This document shows positions 39,190-52,507 of a DNA stretch of 64,000 nucleotides, piece by piece. Source of the DNA: Octopus sinensis. Taxonomy: Eukaryota. Within the stretch, counting starts at the first letter, position 1; the number at the start of each line of letters is the position of its first letter. The stretch is taken from contig NC_043004.1 in the NCBI RefSeq assembly GCF_006345805.1, positions 57,164,001 to 57,228,000 on the forward strand, in the 5' to 3' direction. The translations under genes and the position numbers were made by a program. The notes under the pieces are model-generated. The model ran no database searches. It was not told the DNA's origin and saw only the letters and a list, made by a program, of their open reading frames with translations.

Positions 39190-39360
39190 AGATGATAGTC
39201 GATGAAATCGACCCCAATAATTGACTCGTACTTATATATTGACTCCGAGAGGATAAAATGCAAGTAGGACCTCGGTGAAATTTGAACTGAAAACGTAAAG
39301 ACGGACGAAATGCCGTTATGCAATTTGCTTGGTATGCTAACGATTCTTCCAGCTCGCCGA
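39190..39360 (-). mobile_element. SINE family 2, degenerate
   Basis: Minus strand GGCGAGCTGGAAGAATCGTTAGCA..CAGTTCAAATTTCACCGAGGTC. Confidence 0.75.
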
Positions 39361-40019
39361 CTTAAACATCATAATTGATAATGCACTGAACTCTCAAGAT
39401 ATAGTTACGTGCTACTCATGTTCTGTATACGATGCATATACTTTCTGTAAATATGCATAGCTTTTTTTTATATTGTTGAAAATTTAAGGTATTACTTCTT
39501 GAAAGATATACACATTTAGTGTGTGACGTCTAGTTAAGAAATGGATGGCAGTTAATTACGGCATGTTAAAGAAGAAATAGTTTTATAATCTGCGTAGGAA
39601 AGATTGATGTTCTTTCTTATAATCGTTTTCAGATCAATATATAGGGGCAGCAATATGGAAGACAAAACGAAACCTGAGCCCGTGATAAATTGATACATTA
39701 TGTCGGAGAGAATTCAAATAACAGCCACGATGCCGTGACTGAATAAGAATCTGTCGAAACAATAAAGGAGTGACTGATAAAGGACATAGTCTGGGAGTTT
39801 TACCTTGTTAGTGACTATCAAATACGGCTTTTGCTTTAGTGAAGTCGAAGTAGACAACACACACATTTCTCATGTGGCATGCCAACCACTGGGTAACCTA
39901 AAGAAGAAGGTATACTGTATATTTGGCTCTATGTCATACATACTGATTTTTGGTGAGAAATGAGATAGATCAAAAGTGTTTAGGTAGGTTGTTATTAGTT
40001 ATCCCTATTATTTGTTTTA

Positions 40020-40560
40020 GAAGCATAACTCGCTAGCGGGGCCCCCTTGAAAATGCCAAACAATGATCGGAATATATCCTGGGAAAACAAGTAGGAGAGC
40101 CACTCAGGGAAAGGGAGAGGTGGAGTAAGTGAGTTTGTGAGAGGGAGAGAGTGCGAATGAGAGAGTGAAAGTGTGACATCTATGAGTTTTGTTATGATAG
40201 GTGCTGGTGCCCAATCAAATTATCTGAGAGAGATGGAGAGACGAATCAGCAGGACTAGTAACCATGCTTTTGTGAAGAGTGCATGCGTGTGCCTGTGACG
40301 GAGACCTGTTGAAATAGTAAAAGAGGTGGATATTTTGTCTACTAGATTTATCTAGTAGGTGCTGTATGGATGCAAAGCAGACAGCAAATGGAAATACCGT
40401 TTCTGCACAAAATCTACATAGACAATGTGTTTTGGCATCTGCATAGAATATATAGATTTTGAAGTGAGAGCAAATAGACTACTCAGGTAGGAAATAGTCT
40501 GGAAGTTTTCAGCGAGCACTGAGATTTGATAATACGCAGAGAGAAGAGAAGGCTGTTAGC
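40020..40560 (-). mobile_element. Probable decayed PLE remnant
   Basis: Minus strand gives VSVTGTRMH..PADS..LGT, similar to the GIY-YIG end at 43058-43170, followed by a CT-rich tract. Confidence 0.3.
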
Positions 40561-40600
<40 letters not shown>

Positions 40601-40704
40601 TATGAATATTATAATCATATTTTCTCCAAGTAGGGAGAACTCACATTAGTATTCTGTATTTGTACTCTCGATACACACACAACAATATGTAGTATAAATA
40701 TATG

Positions 40705-40747
<43 letters not shown>

Positions 40748-40864
40748 ATATATTATCAATAATAATTCAATAATAATTCGTGTGTGGTGAAGCAATCGTT
40801 GCTAAACTCTTAATTAATATATATCTATTATCTAATATATAATATATATATATATATATATGGG

Positions 40865-41118
40865 TAACACAACAAAACAGTGAAAGAGTCCTCGATATTA
40901 TGTAAATAGATGAATTTATTTGTAAATGTAACATGTGACAATTATTCGGTAGCCATGATCAAACTCCGAGTTTTGGATGGCGAAGGGGAAAGCCACGCCG
41001 CCATCTCTTCAGCTATCCGCCCATCAGAAAAAAGTCCCTGATGAGATGGCAGCGTGGTTTTCACCTCGGCATCCAAAACTCGGAGTTTTATCATGGCAAC
41101 CGAATAATTGTCACATGT
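40865..41118. mobile_element. Solo PLE pLTR with inverted (fold-back) duplication; related to the pLTR at 6660-6800
   Basis: 40880-41012 is homologous to the reverse complement of 6660-6800; arms 40931-41012 and 41038-41118 are inverted; each arm carries a hammerhead remnant. Confidence 0.8.
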
Positions 41119-41127
41119 ATATATATA

Positions 41128-41169
<42 letters not shown>

Positions 41170-41750
41170 GTGTGTATGTATATATATAAAGGTAGATAAG
41201 GAAATAAATATTTGATCATGTGATTACTACTTCCTAATTTAGTATTCAGTATTTCATTTACTGAAATTTATTGGGACTTCAATATATAATATATTAATTA
41301 TTGCTCATCGTGTTCAACCATACACATTGTTTCTCTGTGCTTTGGAGATTGCAAGAGTTGAAATTTATGCTTTGTACGCTAGAGATCAAATGTAATTCAA
41401 ATCTAATTGACCGTCCTAATGTATTTACTGAACCGTTGCTCTGGATCTTGTAGCGAAAATTTTGCATTAAGATATGAAATATGTAGCCTCATTACTTTTC
41501 CTGTTGACTTTGGCATTAAAGGTAATGAGTGTATGCAAACACGTCTATATCTAGAAAATCCTTCATTTAATATTTTGTCACGTAAACTATCACTTTATTT
41601 GGTTCAATTGTTAGTCTTCCAAGCCTCTCTGACAATAATTATAAGCTTTATTTTATCCTTTCTTGTCTCAAGCACATGCCTCTCATCTTATTTTTGTCTC
41701 ATTATTATTTTTAAACTTTTCTTCATTACCCTATTAAAGGCCTTATTCTC

Positions 41751-41850
41751 NNNNNNNNNNNNNNNNNNNNNNNNNNNNNNNNNNNNNNNNNNNNNNNNNN
41801 NNNNNNNNNNNNNNNNNNNNNNNNNNNNNNNNNNNNNNNNNNNNNNNNNN
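41751..41850. other. Assembly gap (100 N)
   Basis: Run of exactly 100 N. Confidence 1.
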
Positions 41851-42009
41851 TATATATATATATGCATATATATATATATAGATATAATATGTATATGATA
41901 TAATATGCATATTATAGATATATACTATATATATAGATATATGTATATATATATATATGTATATATATATATGTATATATATATATATGTATATTATATA
42001 TATATATAA

Positions 42010-43178
42010 CGGGAAGCTTTATGAAAATAAACAAAAGACGAAGGCAGGTGGAAGACAAATGAACAATTGTATTAGTATGGCGCTCAGGAAATATAAATAA
42101 AACAAGTCTTTAACGTTTCGAGCCTACGCTCTTCAACAGAAAGATACACAGAGAGAGAAAAAAAACACAGAAAGAAGGAGAGAAAAAAATGCGTGCAGTA
42201 GCTAACGAATCAACATGGCGATCTGATTTCGGCCAGAGGTCAAAGATCAAACATGAGACGCGAGAGCGAAATAAGGGGAGATAATAGGGTTGATAAAAGG
42301 GTTGATGTGACCAGCTAAAAGTGCGTGGGAGGGGTCTGGATGTGTGTATGTAGGGTTGGTGTATGTATTAGTATGTATACGGGTGTGTGTGTGTGTGTGT
42401 GTGTGTGTATGAGAGAGTATTAGTGCGTAAGATTGGTCTGGACGTGCGTATGTATGGGGTTGGTGTATGTATTAGTATGTATTAGTATGTATTAGTACGT
42501 ATTGGTATGTATAGGTGTGTGTCTGTGTGTGTGAGAGAGTAGTATAAGTGCGTATGCGGGGTCTGGACGTGTGTATGTATAGGGTTGGTGTAAGTATTAG
42601 TATGTACTAGTATGTATTAGTACGTATTAGTATGTATTAGTTGGTGTGCGTATTAGTATGGCACATCATATGTGATGTGATTGTAAAGTCATGTGGTGTA
42701 GTTAGGAGAAGAGGGGGAGGGGGAGAAGAGGGGGAGGGGAGAGAAGAGGGGGGAGGGAAGAGAGAGGGGGGAGAGAAGGGGAGGGGAAGAAGAGGGGGAG
42801 GAGAAGGGGAAGAGGAGACGATGGTGGAGAAGGAAGGTGAGGAGGGGGATGAAAGGAGGAAAGAGGGAGAGGGGGGAGAGAGAGAAGGGGAGAGAGGGAG
42901 TGAGGGAGCAGAGGGAAGGGGAGAGGGAGAGGGAGGAAGAGGGAAGAAGAAAGGGGAGTAGGGGTGAAAGGATGAAGGACTGAAGAAGTAGGGGTCGGGG
43001 GGAGAAAGGATAGGTGAGGAGGGGGGGAGGGGTGTTAGAGAGGAGGGGGGGGGAGAGTTAAGACCAAATGGCGTATAAGAGCGAAGAGAGAGAAGATAAT
43101 TCCTGTTCACGGCGCAAACGGGAATCCGGATGGCCTCTGTGTAAGGACAAACCGAACACAGATAGGTGTTGCAAGGAA
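42010..43178 (-). mobile_element. Penelope-like element 3' fragment with hammerhead-like motif
   Basis: Minus 43058-43170 translates [22 protein letters not shown] (GIY-YIG end); CT/CA-rich UTR; motif at 42108-42143. Confidence 0.7.
42108..42143 (-). ncRNA. Minimal hammerhead-like motif (variant core)
   Basis: CUUU-CUGUUGAA-GAGC-GUAG-GCUC-GAAAC-GUU-AAAG: stems I and II intact, palindromic stem III AACGUU, non-canonical 8-nt 5' core. Confidence 0.55.
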
Positions 43179-43216
43179 GTATATATATATATAATGTATA
43201 TATATATATATATGTG

Positions 43217-43247
<31 letters not shown>

Positions 43248-43391
43248 GTAATATATATATATATATGTGTATATATATATATATGTATCAATATATGTTG
43301 TGTATATATATATATATGTGTATATATATATATATGTGTATATATATATATATATGTATGTATATATATATATGTATATATTATATATATG

Positions 43392-43424
<33 letters not shown>

Positions 43425-44354
43425 GTATATATATATAATATATGTATATATATATGCACACTTCTCCTTTCACTCATTTTATGTAGATTCATTCATTTAA
43501 AAACTACACAATATATTGATTCCATGATCGATAACCTGGCATATAGCCAAATAAAAATTTTACTTGAAAAGCCTGATCCTTTCCCTGTGACATAAAAGTG
43601 GTTACAACTGTTCCATATTATTACCCACATATTCAGCATTATAACATTACTGATCATCAACACCACCATCGTCGTAATCATCTCCTTCGCATTCACCGTT
43701 ATTTCTGCATGTGATGAAGTAAAATCGAATAAAAAGGAAATGGATAAACAAATTTAGAAAATAAACAATAGTAAAGACGAGTTAATCAAAGTGAAATACC
43801 ATTAAAACCATTGAGATATACTCTATTATTCCAACTATCCCATTGTTCGTTTTAACCCATCTGAACTGAAGAAAAATATATACGAATACGCCACAATGAA
43901 ATCTGTGGCGAAATAGTATCTATAATTCTATACCATATTACTTATACATATATGTATGTGTGTGTATGTGTGTGTGTTTGTATGTATATATTTATGTGCA
44001 TGTGTATGTATGTGCGTGAATGTATAAGTGTAAATATTTATGGATAAATATATAATCATATATTTGTGTGTTGTGTGTGTGTGTGTGTGCGTGTGTGTGT
44101 GTGTGTTAAGATGCTAGACACAATGCGTGCTACATTGTTGAACAGAAATATCACAAGCATTTTGTTTTCTGGTTGTATGAATGCTGTTGAAAACTGCTAC
44201 CAGGAATTTAAATTTTCGACTGCAGCTGATGTCTTTATGATCCCTGGTTGACCTTTCACCGAAGGGAATTCCCTGTGTTTATGTCTCTCTATCTCTAACT
44301 CGAATGTGATCTGTTTTAATTAAGAATTTTTTTCCTTAATTTTAACCTTGTTTC

Positions 44355-44419
<65 letters not shown>

Positions 44420-45849
44420 GCCCAGACATGCACGCATATGTATTAACGTCTGGAGTCTAGAATAGCCAAAAAAAAGGATTCTTAATGGATTTATAAAGAT
44501 AAATATAGCAGTATGTGGACATATAGAATTTTGTGTTCAGCATATGGGCAAAGTAAGTAATTGCGAATCCTAACTGAGAAAGAGACGGGCACTATCAGAT
44601 TATTTGTATATGGCAACACGGCATAGCTTACTGAATGGAGTGAGGTGCGTGTTAGCTATGACTCTCCTATTGTCTTTGTCTCAGTTTTCATTTTCATTTG
44701 GGGTCTTTATCACATTTATCAAAATATCCTATGTACTAGTTGCTATGTACTTTGAAGACAGTATCCCGAAACAGTTTTATCACTCTGGGAAGTACAAGAA
44801 AGTTACGAGAAGGAGATTTATTTTCGGTACTATATAAGTAATATTCAAAGAAAGTGGACACAATGCTAAAATTAACAACTGTCTATATTTGTCCCTAGTC
44901 ACACGAAGTTAACAAGTGAACCATCGATGTGAAAATCTGCATTGCAGTTAGCTGATGACGTAAAATAGTGAGGTGCGACGAACCTATAAACCAACTGCTG
45001 TGAGTTGCTTAAACGGGATTACAAAAGCGATTAAGTTACCAGCGGTTATTTCTTGAATTGATTGTGCAAGGAGCTGGAACAGTAAACAGAAAACATGTTA
45101 ACCCCAATGGGGATGACAAAAGTGAATAAGTAGAGAGAAATACTTCAGCTTCTAGTATATAACACTCAGAAAAATCTGACTGACACAGATTTTTCAGAGA
45201 GTGTTATATGCTAGCTGTGTGTATGTTTGTAAGCCATACTTGTCTTTTGATATTTAATCGTCAAATTGCTTTTAATGATAAAGGAAATGCTTCTGTTTTC
45301 CTCGCCACCATTCCGGCTATCTTCCTTTTCAGATCTTTATATTTAAGTGTTTATTCATTTTTAGGATAACTTATCTCTTTGGATAACTCCGAGGAACATT
45401 GACACCCGAGGAGTCCAAGAAAATATAAGTAATTATTTAAGAAATATATTCAAGGTCTTAACTGGGCTGTTATTATTTTACAGAGTGTGGTTTCCTTCTA
45501 AAAATGTCTAGTTATGCTCGCTCCGTGCTTTTAGTATTCCGGTGTGTTTCATTTCGAATTGTTTCGAGGCACATACTTGTGTACCCTTTATTTAGTGGTG
45601 CCCTTCAATTTATTATAGCTTTTCCGATATAATACTTAAGGGGGAAGTGTTATATTGTTGAGTATAAATCAAACCAACCGTATTGTTCATCTTCACAAAT
45701 TACCGAACATGATTTCAAACGGCTCTAATTTCAGAGTGAAATATATATGTACGGATATAGTTTTGTATATATCTCAGAATTCATAACTAATGCTGTAAAG
45801 GGAGAAAATGGTATATTATTTTTTTGTATCTGATGAAATGTCATGAAGT

Positions 45850-45960
45850 ATTGGTCACAGCTCTCTGCACTCGCAGTTCAAATCCCAACGAGGTCAACTT
45901 TGCTTTTCAGCCTTTCAGGATCGATATATGTAATGCAGTGAAGTAGTCAGATCAAATACT
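45850..45960 (+). mobile_element. SINE family 2 fragment
   Basis: CAGTTCAAATCCCAACGAGGTCAACTTTGCTTTTCAGCCTTTCAGGATCGAT. Confidence 0.7.
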
Positions 45961-46924
45961 TTTTCTTGTCGCTCACTTCACTTTATCTCTTTTTCTCCCT
46001 CTCTCTTTCTTTCTTTCTCTCTCTCGTTTCCCTTCAACTGTCTATGTCACGCTATAGAAAGTTTATTCACTGAATGATACTTAAATCAAGAATGGAGAAA
46101 AGTTGACCGTGATGTTATCAACCTCTTCCAATAGCAAAAAAAAAAAAAAATTGTTATGCCACTGTAAACTCACACGTCTGTACGATACCATTCGATAGCA
46201 CAATGGAAATAAATAACATATACAATGTGTAGGTCGGCGATTAGTATTCAATATTAAATATTCAATTGGTTGATAAGAAATAAAAATAAAAAATAAAGAA
46301 ATGAAACTTGGTGATGTAAATATTATTTAATTTTAGATAAAACATCACACTTTGCCGATGCCATGTTGATTCGTCTTGAAATATATCTATTTATAATGTA
46401 TCTGATAGACAACGTTACTGTTAACGCATGTGGAGATTGTTTTTACTTTATCCAGTAACTTTCTTGTATTATGAATCTACAAAACTGTTCCGCACCCATA
46501 AGATATACTGAAACTAACTCATGTGACTATTCTAATAATGTTATTCTCAATTGTCAAAAGAGCTGTAGCAAATTGTAGCAATTATAAATTCAAAATATTG
46601 ATTATGTTAGTAAAAATATATATATAAATAATATAATACAATGAGAACATTTATTTGAATATCGCGTAAAATTATTAAACGGCTTATATAAGAGAATATA
46701 ACGTACGATGTTTTCCTGTCAGTTATTACATATCTATGACCAGATTGGGTTTCTTAACATACAATATTCATACAATACTACACATATCATGCGCAAAAGT
46801 ACATACATATATATGTATATACTGACACTCGGGTATTATAGAACATGTAAGTATATATTACGGATATTTTATACATATCCATATCTACATAGACATATTT
46901 ATACATAAATAAGAACCTATACTC

Positions 46925-47137
46925 TTTTATACTTTTACTTGTTTCAGTGATCTGATTGTGGCTATGCTGGGGCACCGCCATTAGTCGAGCAAATCGACCA
47001 CATGACTTATTCTTTGTAAGCCTAGTACTTATTCTATCGGTCTCTTGTTTCCGAAACGCTAAGTTACGGGGACGCAAACACACCAGCATCGGTTTTCAAG
47101 CGATGTTGCAAGGGGGAGGAGAACGACAGACACACAA

Positions 47138-47204
<67 letters not shown>

Positions 47205-47375
47205 GTGTACATATATACGACGTGCTTTTTTCAGTTTCCGTCTACCAAATCCACTCACAAGGCTTTGGTCGGCCCGAGGCTATATTAGAAGACACTTGCC
47301 CAAGGTGAGTCCGAAACCGTGTGGCTTGTAAGCAGGCTACTTACCACACAGGCATCTTACGCCTATATATATATA
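46925..47375 (-). mobile_element. SINE family 1, near full length
   Basis: Homology to 18525-18936. Confidence 0.88.
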
Positions 47376-47398
47376 TATATAGACCTGTGGAGACATGC

Positions 47399-47467
<69 letters not shown>

Positions 47468-47490
47468 AACAGCAGTTTGCAATGTTTCCC

Positions 47491-47960
47491 CAAAGAGGAG
47501 AATTACAAATGTCACTAAATGCGACTAGGGTGTTAAATAACACCTACATTACTAGAAATAAGAGCTAAAATACTCTAATGCTGTAGTTAACGCACTAGAG
47601 CATTAGAGTATTTTAGCCCTTATTTCTACCAATGTAGGTATTGCATAATACCTTAGTAGCATATAGTGACATTTTTAATTCTCCCTTTTGGTGAAATCTC
47701 GCAAAATGCTTTTCATGTCGTTTTAGATGTACACATTAGGGAAAATCATCGAATTATTTGCATGACGAAAACATATTGATGGCGAAGAGAGTCCAGGTGA
47801 GCCGAAAGCGAGGTGGCTTAACTGACGAGGCGACCGAAATTGGCGAAGCTGATGCCCCAGTATTACATATTTTCGAACGGGACTTTTCGACGATTATGGT
47901 CCTGCTAGTGTATGTTTTCATTCACGTGCGCTAACTACAGCATTAGAGCGTTGTAGCATA
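47491..47960. mobile_element. Fold-back element (about 90-bp arms, 47491-47690) with an additional inverted partial copy; probable PLE pLTR derivative
   Basis: 47491-47582 pairs with 47599-47690; 47926-47948 is an inverted copy of 47573-47595; degenerate hammerhead-like motif on minus at about 47861-47895. Confidence 0.6.
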
Positions 47961-48784
47961 CATACTTATCCTTGTATGTGTATTAACATGTGTCTACGTA
48001 TATATACATACAAAATTGTTTGTCTTACCAATGTGTCAGTACGTTTGCAAGTACAAGGAATAGAATACAGGGGTGGCTAAAATGTTATCTAGACTAGATG
48101 AAAAAGGACAGAACACATCTAACATTAACTGCCCATTTTTTACTTGCTTCCAAATACATATTACCATTCTATGGTGTTGTTAGTTGCTATAGCTATTCAT
48201 TGATAGGAACAGATTTATTGCCAACATCGATTTCGGAACTTCTATCTCTTGGGTGAAATATTAGCAAGTTTCACATAAAATATCACACCTGATCTGAAAT
48301 AGCTCAAGAAATATACGTCTTATCATCGTAAAAGGTATTTGTTGTTGTGCTTTATGATATATTTCATGATAATAGGATAAAATTAGCTGTTTTATTTTCG
48401 TCTTTATTTATTCCACAAACGGTATGAAATCTATCAATCTTCGCTCTTGTTTCTATATTTCATAAATTTTGCTTTATGTGTAAAACCTTTGAATTATGAC
48501 TCGTATATTGTTTATGTAACGACATAACAGAAATTTGATTTATATTCAGAAGGGAAACTTCGATTGACTGGCAGAAAGTGTATGACAGGTATTTAGCTAT
48601 TCACTTTTAAGGTGATAGGAACATATTGCTCTTACTTACTTCTACCTAAGTTTGATCACTATATTTGGAAATATAGTCTTGTTAAATTTGTTTGTGAAGA
48701 AACACAGCGTAAGTAACAAGGAGATAGTGAGACTTTCATGTATTTCTCATGAATATTCTTGACTAATATTACCATTGTATTATA

Positions 48785-48935
48785 AGGTAGTGAGCTGGCA
48801 GAATAGTTAACAGGCCGGGCAAAATGCTTAGCGGCATTTCGTCGCTCTTGATGCTCTGAGTTCAAATCCCACTGGGCTTGACTTTGGATTTCATCATTTC
48901 AGGGTTGTTAAATTAAGTAACAATTGCACACTGTC
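48785..48935 (+). mobile_element. SINE family 2, degenerate
   Basis: GTGAGCTGGCAGAATAGTTAAC..GAGTTCAAATCCC. Confidence 0.78.
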
Positions 48936-49573
48936 CATGTATCAAAATATGAAACAAATATTACAAATGTACAAGACATCTACCCTCATAGATTAATTCT
49001 AATTAAGAATGTTCTGCTTTTCCTTGTATTTTACAACAATAACGATCCTAACCGAACAAACATGGTTTAACTAAAAAATGAACTTGAAAAAACAATTGAG
49101 ATTTAGGTACAAGTGATCGATATTTAAAAAGCTCATTGCTATCTTCGTTGCTATATATATAAGAAATGTATCCAATCACAGTAGTTTCCGTTGACAGACA
49201 TGAAATACGTCTTAATATGAAGAGAAAGGTGATTTATTTACTAATGTATTTGAGGATTGCAATACACATAAGAAATTTAGAGAATTCCATCGTTTTAATC
49301 CTCATGGTATTTTCTGATAACGTTTTATTGCCATTTTCACACATATATACATATACATGTATGTGTGTGTGTTGTGTGTGTGTGTGTGTGTGTGTTCGTG
49401 TGCACCCGGAAATTTTATCCAGTCAATCCAGTAATTATAAAAGTATCTCCAGCTATTATGTAATCCGTTCTTCATTATCTCACGAAAATCCGAACTGAGA
49501 AAATTACACGAGCTATTTTTGAAGTTTCAATTTCCTCGATATATATATCATAATGTATCGTTTGATATAAGAA

Positions 49574-49610
<37 letters not shown>

Positions 49611-49920
49611 GCATGCATATATACACAAATGTGAATATATTGTTGTATCTATATAAGGACACATATGTAGTTGACTTTGCCCCTATCAGTTTCTCTAACT
49701 CTCTCTTCCAAATTTTCAAAGTAATTGTGAAGAAATAAAATATACCGTACTTCATCAACCATTGCCTTCCCTTAGGATGGATATTTTTTCAGTGAAAATT
49801 CTGCATTTTTTATGTTAACCATCAATGGTACCAATGTCGAAACTATTGGAAATGCTTCTAATTTCAATAATTATGGCGAAAGAGGAAGAACATTGTTGTT
49901 TGGAGAATATACGGGAAATA

Positions 49921-50475
49921 AAGGCGGTGAGCTGGCAGAAACGTTAGCATGCTGCGCGAAATGCTTAGCGGTATTTCGTCTGCCGCTGCGTTCTGAGTTC
50001 AAATTTTGCCGAGGTCGACTTTGCCTTTCGCCCTTTCGGGGTCGATTAGATAATCGACTTAATCCGTTTGTCTGTCCTTGTTTGTCACCTCTGTGTGTAG
50101 CCCCCTGTAGGTAGTAAACAAATAGGTAATTTGTCTGTCTTTACGTTGTGAATTCAAATTCCGCCGTGGTCGAATTGGCCTTTCATCCTTTCGGGGTCGA
50201 TAAATTAAGTACAAGTTACGCACTGGGGTCGATGTAATCGACTTAATACCTATGTCTGTCCTTGTTTGTCCCCTCTATGTTTAGTTCCTTGTGGGTAATA
50301 AAAAAATAGTTATTTCGTATGTCTTTTCGTTCTGATTTCAAATTCTGCTTGGGTATTCTTTGCCTTTCATTCTTTTGAGGTCGATAAATTAAGTACCAGT
50401 TGCATAATGGAGTCGATCTAATCGATGGGCCTCCTCCCCCAAAATTTTGGGCCTTGTGCCTACAGTGGAAAAGAA
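49921..50475 (+). mobile_element. SINE family 2 trimer (one tRNA head, three tandem core units)
   Basis: TTCAAATT..GGTCGA..GCCTTTC..TTTCGGGGTCGAT block recurs at about 49995, 50150 and 50335. Confidence 0.85.
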
Positions 50476-51041
50476 TATACTGGAAAGTAATAGAGAAGGA
50501 AAAGATATACGAACGTGAACAAAGTGTAAGAATGCCTAACTATGTGGTCTTAGATGAATTCGAATTTTCTGCACTTACCGAATTTTCCAAGCAGTGGCTG
50601 AGTGTCTGTTTATAGACATAAATTTACTTTCTATTAGTTTTCACTCTATGTAGTGCAGAGATCAAAGCTTCCATATTTAAAGGTGTATGTATGTTTGTGT
50701 GTGTGCATGTGCGAGTATGTGTATATCTCCCTCTGGTACAAACACATATATGCATGTGTGAGTGTGACTTTGTAATATCCGTGCAAACGAAGTAAATTGT
50801 TTCACATGTAAACTGAATGTTTTAAATGGAAGTTTAAATAAATAACATATTTCATCTAGCGTACAGCAAGTTTTATTCCAGTAGATTTATTACTCAAGAA
50901 AGATTAACTTACGTTTCACCAGGTATGTTTACAATATCGGAACATCTTATGCTTCCATTTTCAATTTATTTGCACCCAACAATCGACAAACATTCTTAAA
51001 AACAAAATAAAATGAAACGCAGCATCAATAGCAGTGATGCA

Positions 51042-51075
<34 letters not shown>

Positions 51076-51508
51076 TCATCAACAAAATAACATTGTTCAA
51101 AATATATTTTTTTGTGTATTCGATATTGTATATTTTTTTGCATTTATTGTATCTAGCACAGTAAGTTAATATTTGTTCTTCGCTGGATTTTTTTAAATTT
51201 TGTCTTACAAATGATTTTCCTTCTCACGCATTTATCGGCCTTAAGCAAATGTTTATCATCGAGTATTGGCTATGATACATAAGACGCTGGCATATGGTGC
51301 AGTATTCTCCGTTTCTTCAGCAAATTTGGAATAGTAGATACAAGAAACGTAATAATGAAAATACTTCACACACTTAATGTGAACGAATAGCATCAGGATA
51401 GTAAGGAATATTTGTATCATAGATGACATCAAAGAATATCAAATAATATATCCTTTCTTCCATAACTACAGTATAGCAGTTTGTCTCTTTCTTGCTTCGT
51501 TGCCATAC

Positions 51509-51558
51509 CAAGAGATTTTCGCTTTCGGCAGCGTCGATTTCATCATTGTTCGGTTCAC
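51509..51558 (-). CDS. Candidate 50-nt exon (GEPNNDEIDAAESENLL)
   Basis: Pyrimidine tract then gtaaag|, donor TTG|gtatgg, phase 1 to phase 0; unverified. Confidence 0.2.
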
Positions 51559-52471
51559 CTTTACCAAACATCAAATATAGGAAGGAAAATATAAGAAAAG
51601 CAACAACATTTATTCTAGAAACAAGTATAACTCATAATAGTTCAACATTTATTCTAAAGTTGCGCCTGATAAATTCGTGATATTATCATTTGGAGTAATT
51701 CTTAAATATCTGACTGTGCATAATACTGATAGCAGAAGTTTAACTCTGATATTCCTACATAGATCATGATTTTATTAAGCAATGTTTGCACTGGATTCAT
51801 ATTTTCGTGCATTTCTTTTACGGGGAGATATGTTTTGTCAAATGAAATAGTCCTAATGGGGGACAATGACAAGTAATTCACAGGTCTCACTGACTATGTT
51901 TATGTTTAACTTTATTGTGTCCTGGCATATTGTAGCAGTAAGGTGATCAAAACAAATATCCGTTGGCATTTTTCATAATGAAATCCTCCTTTCATAAAGG
52001 ATGCTGTACTAGATGTTTCATGCAGAGTCAGCCTATGATATTGTAGATAACAGATAGATTAATACAAATTAAATCATTCGAGGATCAGACCACAATCAGT
52101 TAGGAGTGTTTCCCTAAAATTCCTATAACAAATGTTGATTGCTATTCCAAATGTTAAATATATTTAGAGTGCTAGACTTCATCTTTTACATGTCCCGAAC
52201 ATGCTGACAAGAACCTACAACTCCGGTACTTTGTCTTTCTTTCTTTCTCTCTCTCTCTCTCTAGCTATCTATCTCTATCTCTGTATCTCCGTGTCTCTAT
52301 AGACACTCACACATACATACATACATATATATGTTTGTGTGTGTGTATGAATATATATATATATATATATACATATATATATGTATATATAAATATATAC
52401 GTCTATATGTATATATATATATGTATATATGTCTCCCTCTCTTTCTCTCTCTCTCTATATATATATATATA

Positions 52472-52507
<36 letters not shown>

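Noticed and set aside
41400-41750. Degenerate minus-strand reading frame next to the gap
   Set aside because: Several stops, no assignable motif, truncated by Ns
42637-43110. Pro/Ser-rich and Gly/Glu-rich ORFs
   Set aside because: GA-rich low-complexity tract inside a PLE 3' UTR
47822-47860. Plus-strand hammerhead CTGACGA-GGCGACC-GAAA..
   Set aside because: The cleavage position would be G and no stem I can form next to the core
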